From: Hydrolagus affinis | Lineage: Eukaryota | NCBI GenBank assembly: GCA_012026655.1 | Contig: JAAILG010001616.1 | Coordinates: 1-64,000, forward strand | Direction of reading: 5' to 3' | DNA: 64,000 nucleotides | Shown: positions 37,487 through 49,633 of the stretch, piece by piece | Layout: each line of letters begins with the position of its first letter | Numbering within the stretch: position 1 is the stretch's first letter | Notes under the pieces: generated by a model | Seen by the model: the letters and a program-made list of their open reading frames with translations, nothing else | The model's database searches: none | Told to the model about the DNA's origin: nothing | Program-made: the position numbers and the translations under genes

Positions 37487-40400
37487 AAATAAGTCATATT
37501 CCGATAACTATTTGGAATAAGACCGCATTGAAATGGATACCAGCATTCCATAAGAACATTCCATCTACTAGTGTAGATGGATGTAGAACAGAGGGTAAAT
37601 TATATTACTTTTCATCTAACCTAGGGGTGCTTGATTTTGACCCTTGGTGCACTAAAAGAGACAAAACCTGAGCTCTACTATTTCCAGCAGCTCAACGCAG
37701 ATATTTTGCAAAATCATCACATTCAGCATTTATATTTAATTACTGGTTAGTCTAGAAATGCTGTAGAACATACAAAAGAATTAGTTTAGCAACACAACCG
37801 TGGTCAAGGCCGTTTACAGATTAAGCTTGATATGTTGCAACTGTGTTTAAGTGCATCTTAAGACATACAAGGCCAAGGACTGTGAATTGTTAATAAGCAA
37901 AGAGGTGAAATTAGACAAACAAGACTGGTTGAATGGAAACTGACAACCATCACAGCGAAACTGCTATCCTGTCAAGAGTAATGTGCACATTTACAGAGAA
38001 CAGGATGTTGAGGTTTTCCTGTTTATCTCACAGGTGCCGTAGAAATACTAACAGTTTGATAGTTAGGGTTGTTGGCTGTAGCTATACAACCTTCTTACTA
38101 CAAAAACTTGAAGTTACAGTAAACATGGCCTTCTATGGGTTTAAAGAACTCTCCTACATCGCTCAGAAATCTTACCATTTAAATAAATATATATCGACCA
38201 TCGATTCCTCCAGTTACTAACTCGAACATGAATTATCAATAAATATGCTGTAATGGTAACACAATTGTTAATCCTTCAACGTGAAGGTCATCACGCTTCA
38301 ATGACATGGAGTACACTGGTTATCAGCATCCACACTGACACCCGCCTCCAGCACCCAGGCACATCACAAACCAGCTCATGAGATTAATAAGATCCATTAT
38401 TTAAAAAAACACATACAGATGCATTGAAGGAAAACAGTGTACCAGGGACAGCAATCCGACCTTATGGTGTATTCCAAATTCGATAAACATTTCACACAAG
38501 TGACTCAAATATTTAAGAACTAATGGTAAAAAATACAAACTATCAAGTCGATGAAAGTACCCACGATATCAACTGATGCCCTTTTCTGTGCACAATTCCA
38601 CTGTAAGGTTTCCACATGCTCAGCTCAAATGTTTCAGTACCTTCAAACTTTCTGGAAATGTTGCAAGTCTCCGGCAAGTCCTGTGTTTACTTCAACTGCT
38701 TAAAGCAGAAGGATTTCCATGTATGGTACTTTCCTGCTGATTTGTTAATACTGAAAGCACTAGGCTAAGTCACTTCCCAGTAATGATCTGCCTATTTGTT
38801 CTATACTCTCTTCGAAACTCCAAGAAAAGATCTTTTTTTAAAAAAAATCTGAGTTTAATCAACACCAAGTAATAATTCTACTACAAATGAATAGGTACCT
38901 ATACAAGCTATTAAACGTTTTGATTGTGAAGTTCACTGTCTTCACAATAAAAAAAAATCAAAGAAGGATTCAGTACAATTTAGACCAGGTTTAAAATGAA
39001 ATCAATACTTAAAAGGCACGTAGCTAAGTGAATCTCAATGAGAATGTAGAATTGAAGTACATGTAGCTTGATCCAAATTGGAATCAGATCCAGAGTACGC
39101 CTCACTGAAATGAAAAGTGGAGTCAACAGAATCTGCTTTGCTGAATTCTGCAACTATCTTTCTCCAACTGTGTGCAGTGCAGTTTCCGTAGTTTTAATCA
39201 GTATTCATAAGACTGACACTGACCAGCCAGTGTAATCCAAAGTGCAGCCTGCTCCAAACTGGGAAAACCAGCTGACCTGAATTGGATTGACTTCGATTCT
39301 CAATTACTTACGAACTGGTCTCCAGTTCATATTTCATCTCCGTTATTCCAGTTTGTAGAAACTAAAAAGCATCTGCAAACCATACATTATTATACCACAA
39401 TCTGTTCTATTGGTTGGTGTATTTTAAACTGTGCCATTAATCAGAAGCAGACTATTTGATTTATCTTTAGAAAATATCTGCCTCATTTGCTATACACAGA
39501 GCCAAGATTTGTACCTAATTGTCTAGTTTTCCTGCCACATCTTGCTGCCTAAAGGCTTTCCTAGTTCAACAAACTTTCTTAAACAAACAGACAAGAGGCC
39601 AAATGGCCCAGGCAACTTAAAAAAAAGTGAAAACAGGGGAAAAAATAAGCAACAGTTAGCTGCAGGCAGGGAAATGAAATGCAGGACTGTTAAATCTTGG
39701 TGATCACTTTTGTTTTCTTTGGCCCCAATTTAATTCACCACACTCTGTCCTCCCATGACTTATTCTGCTCCATGCACCACGTGCAAATGTAGGATCTGAC
39801 AGTGACCAGGACAGACACTGTACTTGAACGATAATTAGCTTCCAAGTTCCTTAAATTAACTGTGTTTTTTAAAGGAGTACTCTCTTCAGAAAAATAGATC
39901 TGACAATATTTTCTTTCACTTGTTTACAAATCGCACAATGTAATCATGTGAAGATCACCGTCACAACATCTTCCATTTACCGGGGTTGGCGTCTTGGAGC
40001 ATTTAAAGTAACTGTGCGTCGTTGCACAGCTTGTGTGCATTATCACGATGAAACACTTAAGAGGACTCTTCTGGCACTAATTGGTTGCTAACAAGGCTTT
40101 CAGAGACAGCGTTTGTGGTAAATGATCTAGTCCACAAACTGGCAGAGACTGGATTATTGCTGAATTTCAGTGTTTTGACTTGCCTTGCTCTTTCTCTGCA
40201 ACTTTCATTTGAGACCCAAGTCCCAATCGGCCTCGGGACTTAAATGTGTACCTATGGACACTGGGATCTAAAGTGTAGGAGATGTAACAGGATGTGTGCA
40301 GAGGATCTATAAATATCTTGAATCGAGCTGGTGAATTCGATGCGCATCAAAACAACTACGAGAACTCCAACACGATCACCTTCCTGGTCCTTGGTGTGGA

Positions 40401-40999
40401 GTTCTTGTGGGTCAGTGTGGCTCACAGCAGTTTACCTGCAGGTTTCAATATTAATGGATTTTTTGCACCATTCCTGCCACATTAATAATAATAAAATAAT
40501 AAACATTCATTGAATAATAGTAAATGTACACTTCATATTCAGCTGATAGAGACCTTCCAATTGGTGCATTTGCAACTTTACTACTCCAGACAGATTATCT
40601 AGATTTTTTTTTAAAAAACACATGCTACTTAGTGCTATATTCAATAAGCAAAAGGACGAAAAAAAAGGGAGTGATTTGGTTGGTGTAATTTGAAGGTTTT
40701 TGTTCTGTTTATTCAAACGTTTCAACATTACACCCTTGTCTTCTGGCTTGAACACAGACACCATGAAATAAGAGACCCGTAGCCTTGCCCACGTCACCAG
40801 GCAGCTCCTGGCCTGGTTTTATGTGCACAAATCAACCCCGCATTGGCAGAGTCGTTGCAAGCTGCAAGATTCCAAGGAGCTGTTGTGCCCCTTTTTAGGT
40901 AAAGATATTTTGCACAGTATTCAATCATAGACAATGAAAGCGATGCAGAACAAAAAGCACTGCCAATAATTTTTTAATATACTACACGTTGAAACCTGA

Positions 41000-41335
41000 T
41001 AAGACTGACGTTAGAGCAACCAGAGCAAAACAAGTGGGCATCGTCTTCAAATTAGAACCAGGCCAATTAAGAGTGATATCAGAAAGCATTTTTTCATTCA
41101 AAGTGTGGTAGAAATCTAGAATTCTCTCCCCCAAAAGGTTATAGATACTAGATTCATCCACACCTTCAAGAGTGAGGTTGACAGATTTTTGGTAGGTTAG
41201 GTCATTGAAGGATACAGGGTGAAAGCAGGAAGTTGGAATTGAAAGGATTAGTAGAGATACAGATCAGCCATGATCTAATTAAATGGTGGAAGAGGCTCGT
41301 GGGCTGAATGGCTTACTCCTGTTCCTATGACTGAC
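41000..41335 (+). mobile_element. CR1 LINE 3' fragment
   Basis: ORF2-end remnant (RKHFF, NSLPQKV, FKSEVDRFL) and tail GATCAGCCATGATCTAATT...GGGCTGAATGGCTTACTCCTGTTCCTATG. Confidence 0.85.
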
Positions 41336-42520
41336 TGACCTATTGGGAATAGGGATACAGGAAATCTCCAAGTTTCTATTTCTCAAGGAAGTTCATGGTA
41401 CTTTTTAGAAATTGTATTTTTCATCTAGTTCTACTCGTATACAATTGAATTCCTGTGTATCAAATCCATACCTGCCTTAGATTTTGTTGAGGAGGAGGGG
41501 TGGGGTGGGGATGGAAAAGACAGTGGCCATCACTGCACAATTTTGTTGTTACTCAGTGCTTGAAGGTTCTATTAGATCAAACTAAAAATCACCGAGCACT
41601 TTAAAAATGGGTGGCTATGTTTTAAGATCTGGAATGGTAGATGCATTGCAGCCCATCTTTCACTCATATGATAATTCCCCCAATATTTAAAATTCTGGAG
41701 ATCGGATGAAGAAGAATGCCTGTAATGTGAAGCTACGCAGATGAAGTGTGTAAAGCAACCTAAGGGACACATGGATTCACACAGAAATAACTCGGCAAAG
41801 GCTGCACATTCACTGTGCGTTCAGAAAAAGTAGGTTTCATGCTGCAAAACAACAGATTGCAAAAGGTGCGTATTTCAATAATGCAGGTGGTCTGATCAAA
41901 GTACAGATCACAAGGGTGTGGTTCACACGATATAGAAACTATTAAAGATAGATATGCCCACAAAAGTGGTAAATCATGACTTCAATGCAAACATTTCAAA
42001 GCTTCTGGAATGAGAATTTGCATGGAGTCAGAGCTGTTTCGGGAATGTAAGCGCAAATAACAGATGAGTCAACCTCCACTACGAAGCATGTGCATTGAAA
42101 TGATCTATCTCTGTGCTGAATCTCCTGAGCAGTATTCAGAATCTGCACACACTTTCTAGTGTAAGGCCTCTGTTAAACTCAAGCAACTTCCTGCAGTCGT
42201 TGCAAGCTTATAGGGTTATTGACACCAGTACAAAGTATGTGGCAAATTACTCTGCCAAGTCAGCTGGGAGTCTGATGTGGACTTTCATCACGCTTAATCC
42301 AAACCAAACAGAGTTCCATTCATCCCATCAATACAGATGTTTACTGGAACGAAATGCGTATTCTCACCCTGGAGTGACGCATCCTGCTTATCTAATTCCG
42401 GAAAGTATTAGGCGCAGGTTGGCAACAGCAACACAAGCATATCTTCTGCTGATTAGTCATGAGAGGTGCCAGTGACGATGACGACAAGTTCCAGCACCTT
42501 GAGCAGGAAGAGGAGACTGG

Positions 42521-43054
42521 TGATGATGAGGTGATAACTAGAGTCTGGCGGATCTTGGAAGGCATTTTGAGACGGGAAGTAATGACAGCAATTTTGACAG
42601 ATACCAGGCCAGAGGATAGGAAGACATGGATGACGTTGACTACAGAATGACAAGGAGTGCCAGCTGGTTGAACAGGGGTGGTTTTGGAATTGTGTTAAGT
42701 AGTGGATTTCACGTGGGCCTTGAATGAAGAGATACAATAGCTAACAAAGGAGGGAGATTGGGGAATAGAGAGAGGAGAGCAAGGTGGAAGGCATAAGGGA
42801 GCTTGGGCCCGAAATCTTATCTCCCCCTGACCTTTCTCCTCCTTCACGGCCCATGTGAAATCCATTACTTGACCCAATTCCAAAACTGATCCTGTTCAAC
42901 CAGCTGGCACTCCTTGTCATTCTGTAGCCAATGTCAGCCATGTCTTCCTATCCTCTGGCCTGGTTTCTCTCTCTTTCAAAACTCCTGTCATTACTTCCCT
43001 TCTCAAAATGCCTTCCAAAATCCGCCAGACTCTCTAGTTATCACCTCATCTTCA
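42521..43054. repeat. Long inverted repeat (arms ~42521-42732 and ~42835-43054) made of a decayed L2 ORF2 segment
   Basis: Arms are reverse complements over ~210 bp; right arm translates, with a frameshift, to LDPIP...QL...FLSSG...FKTPVITSLLK. Confidence 0.9.
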
Positions 43055-43924
43055 GCCAAAAAGCACACACAGAGTAAGAGGCAAGGTTTAGAATGAACAA
43101 AATGGAAAATATTTCCAGGTAAAAACAAATGAAATGACAGAACAATGCACACGATTTGGCACCTAGTGTAGTCTCTTTGAGTAATTGGTATCTTTCTCCC
43201 TGAGTATCTTTTACAAGCTTTGCTGAAAACAAGTAAATCGAAATGTAGAGCTTTTGACAAAGGGATAAGAATAGCTCCTCCCGATCCAATTATCAAAACA
43301 ATCATCAATTATACAATTTACGTTTCGTCGAACAGTTTTGTGAGGCAGTTTGATGTATATTATGAAGCCTCGAGACACAGAAAATAATTTGAATCCCATA
43401 TATCAACGTAGTTATTTAAAACTGTCTTGTAGTGTTTCTCACATCACATATTCCTGTAATACCAGCTAATCTTATCCCTGCTATTTATGCGTGTACAAGA
43501 ACTGTGTAATTTTCATTAATTGGGACAGGCCTGTAGTGCACTAAAATAGCCTGTGTACCTGGCTAGTGCATCAAATGAATCCTGCGGAGAATTACAACAT
43601 GTTCAGGAAGGCAACCACTGAGATTTACTCACGACAACGTTAATTCAGAGAGCTACACAAGCCCACACTGCAAGTAGGATGTTATATACAGCCGTGAAAT
43701 CATGAATAGAAAATGGAGAAAATGATGATTGGTGGACGGATTGATCAATCATAGGCGATTGATTGTTTGCAATGCTTGAAGTGTTTTATTTGTAGGGTTA
43801 CTCCTTTCTATCCCTGAAATTCTTCCAAATGCAACAGTCACCTCTGATCATTAAAGTCCAAAGCCCATCTATCAGAACACATGCAGCTCACATCTAGATC
43901 ACCAGATGTTGATTATTGCTCTCC

Positions 43925-44250
43925 CTTCTCCTATTCCAGGACCATCATGGAGGGAAAGTCTTGGATGAGATGTAAACTGCTCCATCTTAATGTCAGCAAG
44001 ACTGAGGCTATTTCATCAGGCGCTGAGGATGCTTGCTCCAACTCATGAAGCCTATGCGTAAACTCTGTGTCTTGTTCAACCCTTAATTCTTCTGCAAATC
44101 TTTCCATGCGGGCGCTGAACTAATCTGCCTTCTTCACTCCGTGCAACACTGCCCGCCTCCCACTGCCCCCGTCGACTCAGCTGAAATCTTCATTCACACC
44201 TTTCTCACATCAAATTTTCCAACACCCCACTCAACTAGCCTTTCTAGCAT
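43925..44250 (+). mobile_element. Decayed L2 ORF2 (post-RT) fragment
   Basis: KSWMRCKLLHLNVSKTEAI and AEIFIHTFLTS, matching the L2 WM...LNxxKTE and LIHAFVTS motifs. Confidence 0.7.
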
Positions 44251-44504
44251 GTTCCGGAGGATGTTTAAGATCACATAATCAAAATGAAAAGGGAGTCTCT
44301 CTCATCGTCCCAGCCAACAATTCAACCATTCTCCAGACAAAATGGTGACTTTCTGTTTGTAGCACCTGGTTGATGCAAATGGCTGGTCTGTTTGCTTAAA
44401 CAAAACAGACAGTAAACTTCATAGTAGGTATCCTGAGGTACATTGAGACTTTCTTGTCTGATAAGACACTATCCAAGTTTTATTTATCCGTGAACAATGG
44501 ACAC

Positions 44505-44848
44505 ATTGTGGAGTTGAGTAGATCAGTCGCCTCGCAAGTGAGAGACCTGGGTTAAATTACCAGCAGGGTGTAATGTTGGGCCAGTCTCCTTATTCCACAT
44601 GCCTCTGTTTACCTAGCAGCAAGTTGTAACCCAATTGTTAGTCGATTGGCAGATTACTTTTCCGAGGTAATACTAATCCCTGGGAAAAAATAAATTTGTC
44701 ACTTCAATCCACGACTGTCTGTGGGACACTGGTTGCTGCGTTTTGCCCACAACAATATAGTCAATTCACTTTACAATCTGAGAAGCACATTGAAACATCT
44801 CAAAGATGTGATAAGGTGCTATATTGAATGTAAGGTTTATTATTATTG
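44505..44848 (+). mobile_element. Longer variant of the tRNA/Deu SINE
   Basis: Head CGCAAGTGAGAGACCTGGGTT, extra block GCCTCTGTTTACCTAGCAG, same core and (TAT)n tail. Confidence 0.75.
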
Positions 44849-47411
44849 GTTGGAATTAAACATCTTCAGGAACCCAGTGGAGGGAATTGAAACATCACAT
44901 TGCTATTAATATAAGCCCGGCAGCTACAGTGACAGAAAGCTAACATCCCTTGTTCAACACCCCGGGTTGAAACATTGTCCGACATTCAATGGTAGACACC
45001 ACTAGTTGCAGAGATTTGACAGCTATTAGATGAAATAGAGAATTAATGCCTCCGGGTAACACAATACAATTTCATGTGTACATCAATATAGAGTCAGAGA
45101 AGAACCACGCCCCAAAAAGCATGGAGAAACAATTGCCCCCTCTTCCTGCCCCTCTACCCCTGCCGCCGCCAACAGATTATGATACCCAGTATCAACATTG
45201 TCTACTGTCTGAGCCTACCTTCATTGTTCACATTTGCTAATCCAATCACTTTCTTAAAAATATATTTCCATTAGGCACCGAAGAGGATTTTCGTACGTTC
45301 GATTTCTCGGCCTGTCTCAGAAATAACTCTTGTTCCCTCTTTGGATATCACCTGCAATGAACTACCCCAGGAGATACAACAGCACAATGCTGACCTCCAG
45401 GACATCGACAATTATTGTCTTTTTTGCCCAGTAACAAACTGTATTAGGTTGGGGCAATGGGAGCGATCACTGCAGTCGTGCAGCCAAAGGAGCCTCTGAA
45501 TGCGGGTATGGCAGGGAATCTAATCAATATTTTAAAGTTTATTATCTACTCAAAAAAAAAGCTGGTTTAATTTGGGCAAATAAATTATTCAGATTCTGAA
45601 TAATTGTGGTTGACTCTTTTGCACTCAAAATAGAGAAGTGGGTTTCAAGTAACTTCACATTTCCCGCATGTTACGCACCAACTTCAGAGAGGAATTCACA
45701 TAATGGCTAATGGAGGGTGAACACATTGGAACGTCAGCCTCGAACAAACAGGGAAAATGAAACTAGAAAAAATGAACTAAATCCAAGGCCTAAAACTGCA
45801 AATCTTACTATTGGGACTGCATATAAAAGTAGAATATGGCCTCCGATCCACCTAACTATTTTGAAAGGAAAGAAATACATATATTACATTGATTAAACAA
45901 CAAAAATATGCAGTAACACTTTAAGGAGTCTTAAGACCCAAGTTTTAAATAGGAATGTGAATGTCCATCCTAAAGTCTATCTCTTAGGTCATCATTCCTC
46001 CTCCTCTCTCACTTCTCACTATAGCTCAGGATTCTCAGTCAACTTTGCGAAACACTGTAAGTTACCTTTCCAATGTGAAAAGTGCTATTAAATGTAAATT
46101 ATGTTTAGTATCCATCCGTTGTGCACTGAGCTGTCTTTTAGCCACAGTGAAAATTTCCAAAATATAAATCGATCAGGGAAACATCTGATCATGTGGATGT
46201 GGAACAATTTAACTTTAAATCTCTCTTTGTTTGCTGTTTCCGTCAGATGCAAAGAATTAATCAAGCTGCCCTAGAAGTCAATGCGTACAGTTGTGTTTCA
46301 GTAAGGCCGAGGCATATTGGGGGTCAGCCACTCCAGAATAATGATAACCCAGCGCAGACTCAATGGGCTGAATTGCCTCCTTTTGTGCTGACACATTTCT
46401 CTGATTCTATGTCCGTGCTTCCTTTCCACACTAACATTACCGAGCGGCTGGCAAGCCACCACAGCAAATTACAGACGTAAACTTTACTGAAATGTTTTTG
46501 TTCATTAAAAGCATATTGTAAAGTTGTATGGTCCTTTCAGTAGGTCATAACATTCCTAATGCTCCTCCCCATCCCACCAAGTAGACTCTCTGGCTTCTCT
46601 AAAAAAAGAGCAATTATCTTCTGTTCCTATGGATACCACAAATGGTAAACTAAGCTCCACGAATGTTGGTGCACTTACAACATACATACTATGAACTCAT
46701 CCACACTCACCAAAGCCATTTAATAAAGAGTTTATCGCCTTGAAGGTTGATCCCTTTGATATCACCTATCATCTTATTTGCACTAGTCTGAGATCCCTTC
46801 AACCTTTTCATCATTTCGAGTGAATGGAGGTTAAATGTTTATGAATAATGTTTTTTGAGGAAATATATTTTAAAAATTAAAAACTTTTTTGTGATTACAC
46901 AATTTATAATAGAAATTACCACGTTACAAATGTCATTTTCATAACAAATAACTAGAAGCTAGTGATTGAAATCAAACAAAAGGCCTGCCAAGCACCCAAA
47001 TCAGTGAGAGGAATTACTGTGATTGAAGAAACGCCATGTGCAAAATATGTCAAAAAGCATACGTTTTAATTAACCCTGAAATCTATTCTCCAGCGAGACG
47101 CTGACTTCTTAAATTGTTCCCTGTTTCCATTTTTCTTATGCCTAGGAGGATTTGAAAAACACTAATTTATTAATTATTCAAGATTCCTTTTCATTAAGCA
47201 ATCTGAGTCAAGAAGGATCAGCCTTGATCTGTTCATTGTATGTATTGTGCAAACACTACGAGTACTGGCTATGTACATTTTGGAATGTCTCCTGTTTTGT
47301 AACTTTGGAAATCAATAACGGGCCTCAAAGTTTACCTTGTTGCTTCAGTTTTTTAAGCAAACTGGAATTGAGGCAGGTTCAATTTTTGACCTAGTTAGCT
47401 TAAAGGTTGCA

Positions 47412-47511
47412 NNNNNNNNNNNNNNNNNNNNNNNNNNNNNNNNNNNNNNNNNNNNNNNNNNNNNNNNNNNNNNNNNNNNNNNNNNNNNNNNNNNNNNNNN
47501 NNNNNNNNNNN
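47412..47511. other. Assembly gap (100 N, probably unknown size)
   Basis: Run of exactly 100 N. Confidence 0.99.
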
Positions 47512-49616
47512 GGGGGGGATAGACCAATAACAGACGAATTAGGAACTCCATAAGCCCCGAAGTTCTGGCAAATAATGAGTTACAAGAGTTGATGATCATG
47601 TGGCGAGTGTCTATGTTTAGGAAAGAAATGGTTCTTTACTGAAATGCTCCCACAACTTAGCTCCCACAACACAACTGAAGTGCTCCCACATAAGTGTGCT
47701 GCCAATATGCAATGTTGAGACTCACACATGAAGGATGATCACATAAGTGAGGTACCCAAGGGCAGTGCCTGTGCTCATGTGGCTGTGTACTATCATAAAT
47801 AAATGCACCTTCTGGAGAGGTATTTTGTTGAAAAAAAAGGAAAAGGTCACCTATACCCCAAAATTTGTCTTCTAACCAAGAATCTATACAACTCTACTTC
47901 TACTGGTACATTCTCAGTTTTTGAAAAATGTAATCCTGAATTTGTTGCTGAGAGACACATAAGATACCTCATGCATCATGGATTTCCATAGGCAAATGCA
48001 ATATAATAATAGGGTTAACCCATTCAAATTGATTTTACATTGCATGCAGTTGGATTTCTACCATTGTGGTGGAACTCTAAATCCGAATAGATAAGAGTAT
48101 TTCATGCATAAATGATGATTGGGATCATTGAATATGAAAAGACTGGGCATTATTCCAGCATTATTATATGTGAGCATCTTTTGCAGGAAGTCTGCCTTTA
48201 AATTCATGCAGAGATCACTGCTAAGTCTGTCACTTAGGAATAAAATGTATCATTACGTGAACCACAATTAAACTGTACTTCATTGCTTGATATCTAATGC
48301 AAGCATCAGATTATTTTCTATTTATATATAATACTAACCAATAATTAGGGTTTCAGGAGTTATGTTAGGATTCTAAACTTGGAAATTCTGACTGTTTTTC
48401 CGGACTCGTATCACGTTTAAACACAATTGTCCACATGTTTCGTTAGGATTATGGTGCAGTGTACTCTATAAAGGTTGTTGAAATTTAGTATCTCGACCTA
48501 TTTAGAAACTTTTACTATTCACGCAATAATCCAGCAACTGAATTGCTGTATTTCATTTTCACCCAGAAAATTGTCTTTGAACTCAGCCTAGCGACGTCCA
48601 TCAACAACACGATATTCAACTTGTAATCTGCACCAGACACTTCACAGGCATTTTTCTCATATTTCCTCAAGAGCTCTCTCTCTCTCGCTGCTAAATAACT
48701 TCTTTCAGCTGAGAGGGAAGTTAGACAGGCTATTCCAACAAAAACCCTCCCCTGTGCAGGGCTGAAGTAGGTACAAATTCTCCTCACGTAAGGCAGGTTG
48801 AGTAGCCAGCTACATGGTAAGAGGGCCTTGACTAGACTGCAGTGTTTTGCCAAATGTTAATTAATTTTTTCTCCAAGAAGTTATGACTTGAATGTTCAAA
48901 CTGATGATTATAATCATTTATTCCAATATTTTATCCATACTTTTAAAAACACCAGAACCGTAAGCACAAATGACATGACTGCAGGTGCATAGAGAGGGAT
49001 GTCTTCATGCAGTGGAAAGAAAAGACAGCAGTGAGAGAAAATGCTGGGCGTTAAAATTCATTTCATTTCAAAGACGTTGTTCATGGATTTGCTTTCAGCT
49101 GACACCAGTTTGGCTTCATATGATTAATCTCAAAAGAATCTAAATTTTTCCTTGCGCGTAAGCAATGGATCAATTGTGTGATCGATTTGTTGTAGATTGT
49201 ATAGCAGGGAAATTTCACCTTCATATCACATCTGTACTGTTTGCCAGTGAACAAAGTACAGTACATGGAAAGAAAATTCTCTGGTTAGGGTTAGCACTCC
49301 TAGGTACAATACTCCTATCAATTACCCACATTCATTTAAAAATTGGTTAATATAATTTAGCTATTGATGAATAAATATTATAGATCTTCTTCTTTTGGTT
49401 AATTATGAGTCAAGATAGGACCTTAGGATTGTTTATCAGTTATGGTCATGAAATTGAGATATGCTAACTTGATGCAGTTGAAATGCACAAGTACATTTGA
49501 TACAAATACAATTGAAGAATGTAAGTGAGGTCTAGAAGGAACCTTGACTGAAGGAAGCCAAATAGCATTTACTGAAGCCTCCAATTTTATGTAGCTAAAG
49601 GCACCTTAAAACTTAC

Positions 49617-49633
49617 CTCCAAGAGCTTCGGAT
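49617..49633 (-). other. Candidate 17-nt non-coding 5' UTR micro-exon of GNG2
   Basis: - strand: ctgtcttctcttgcag|ATCCGAAGCTCTTGGAG|gtaagt, strong acceptor and consensus donor. Confidence 0.55.

Noticed and set aside
42459-42650. Acidic 63-aa ORF containing DDDDK
   Set aside because: Mostly the antisense reading of the L2-derived foldback arm; no splice or homology support.
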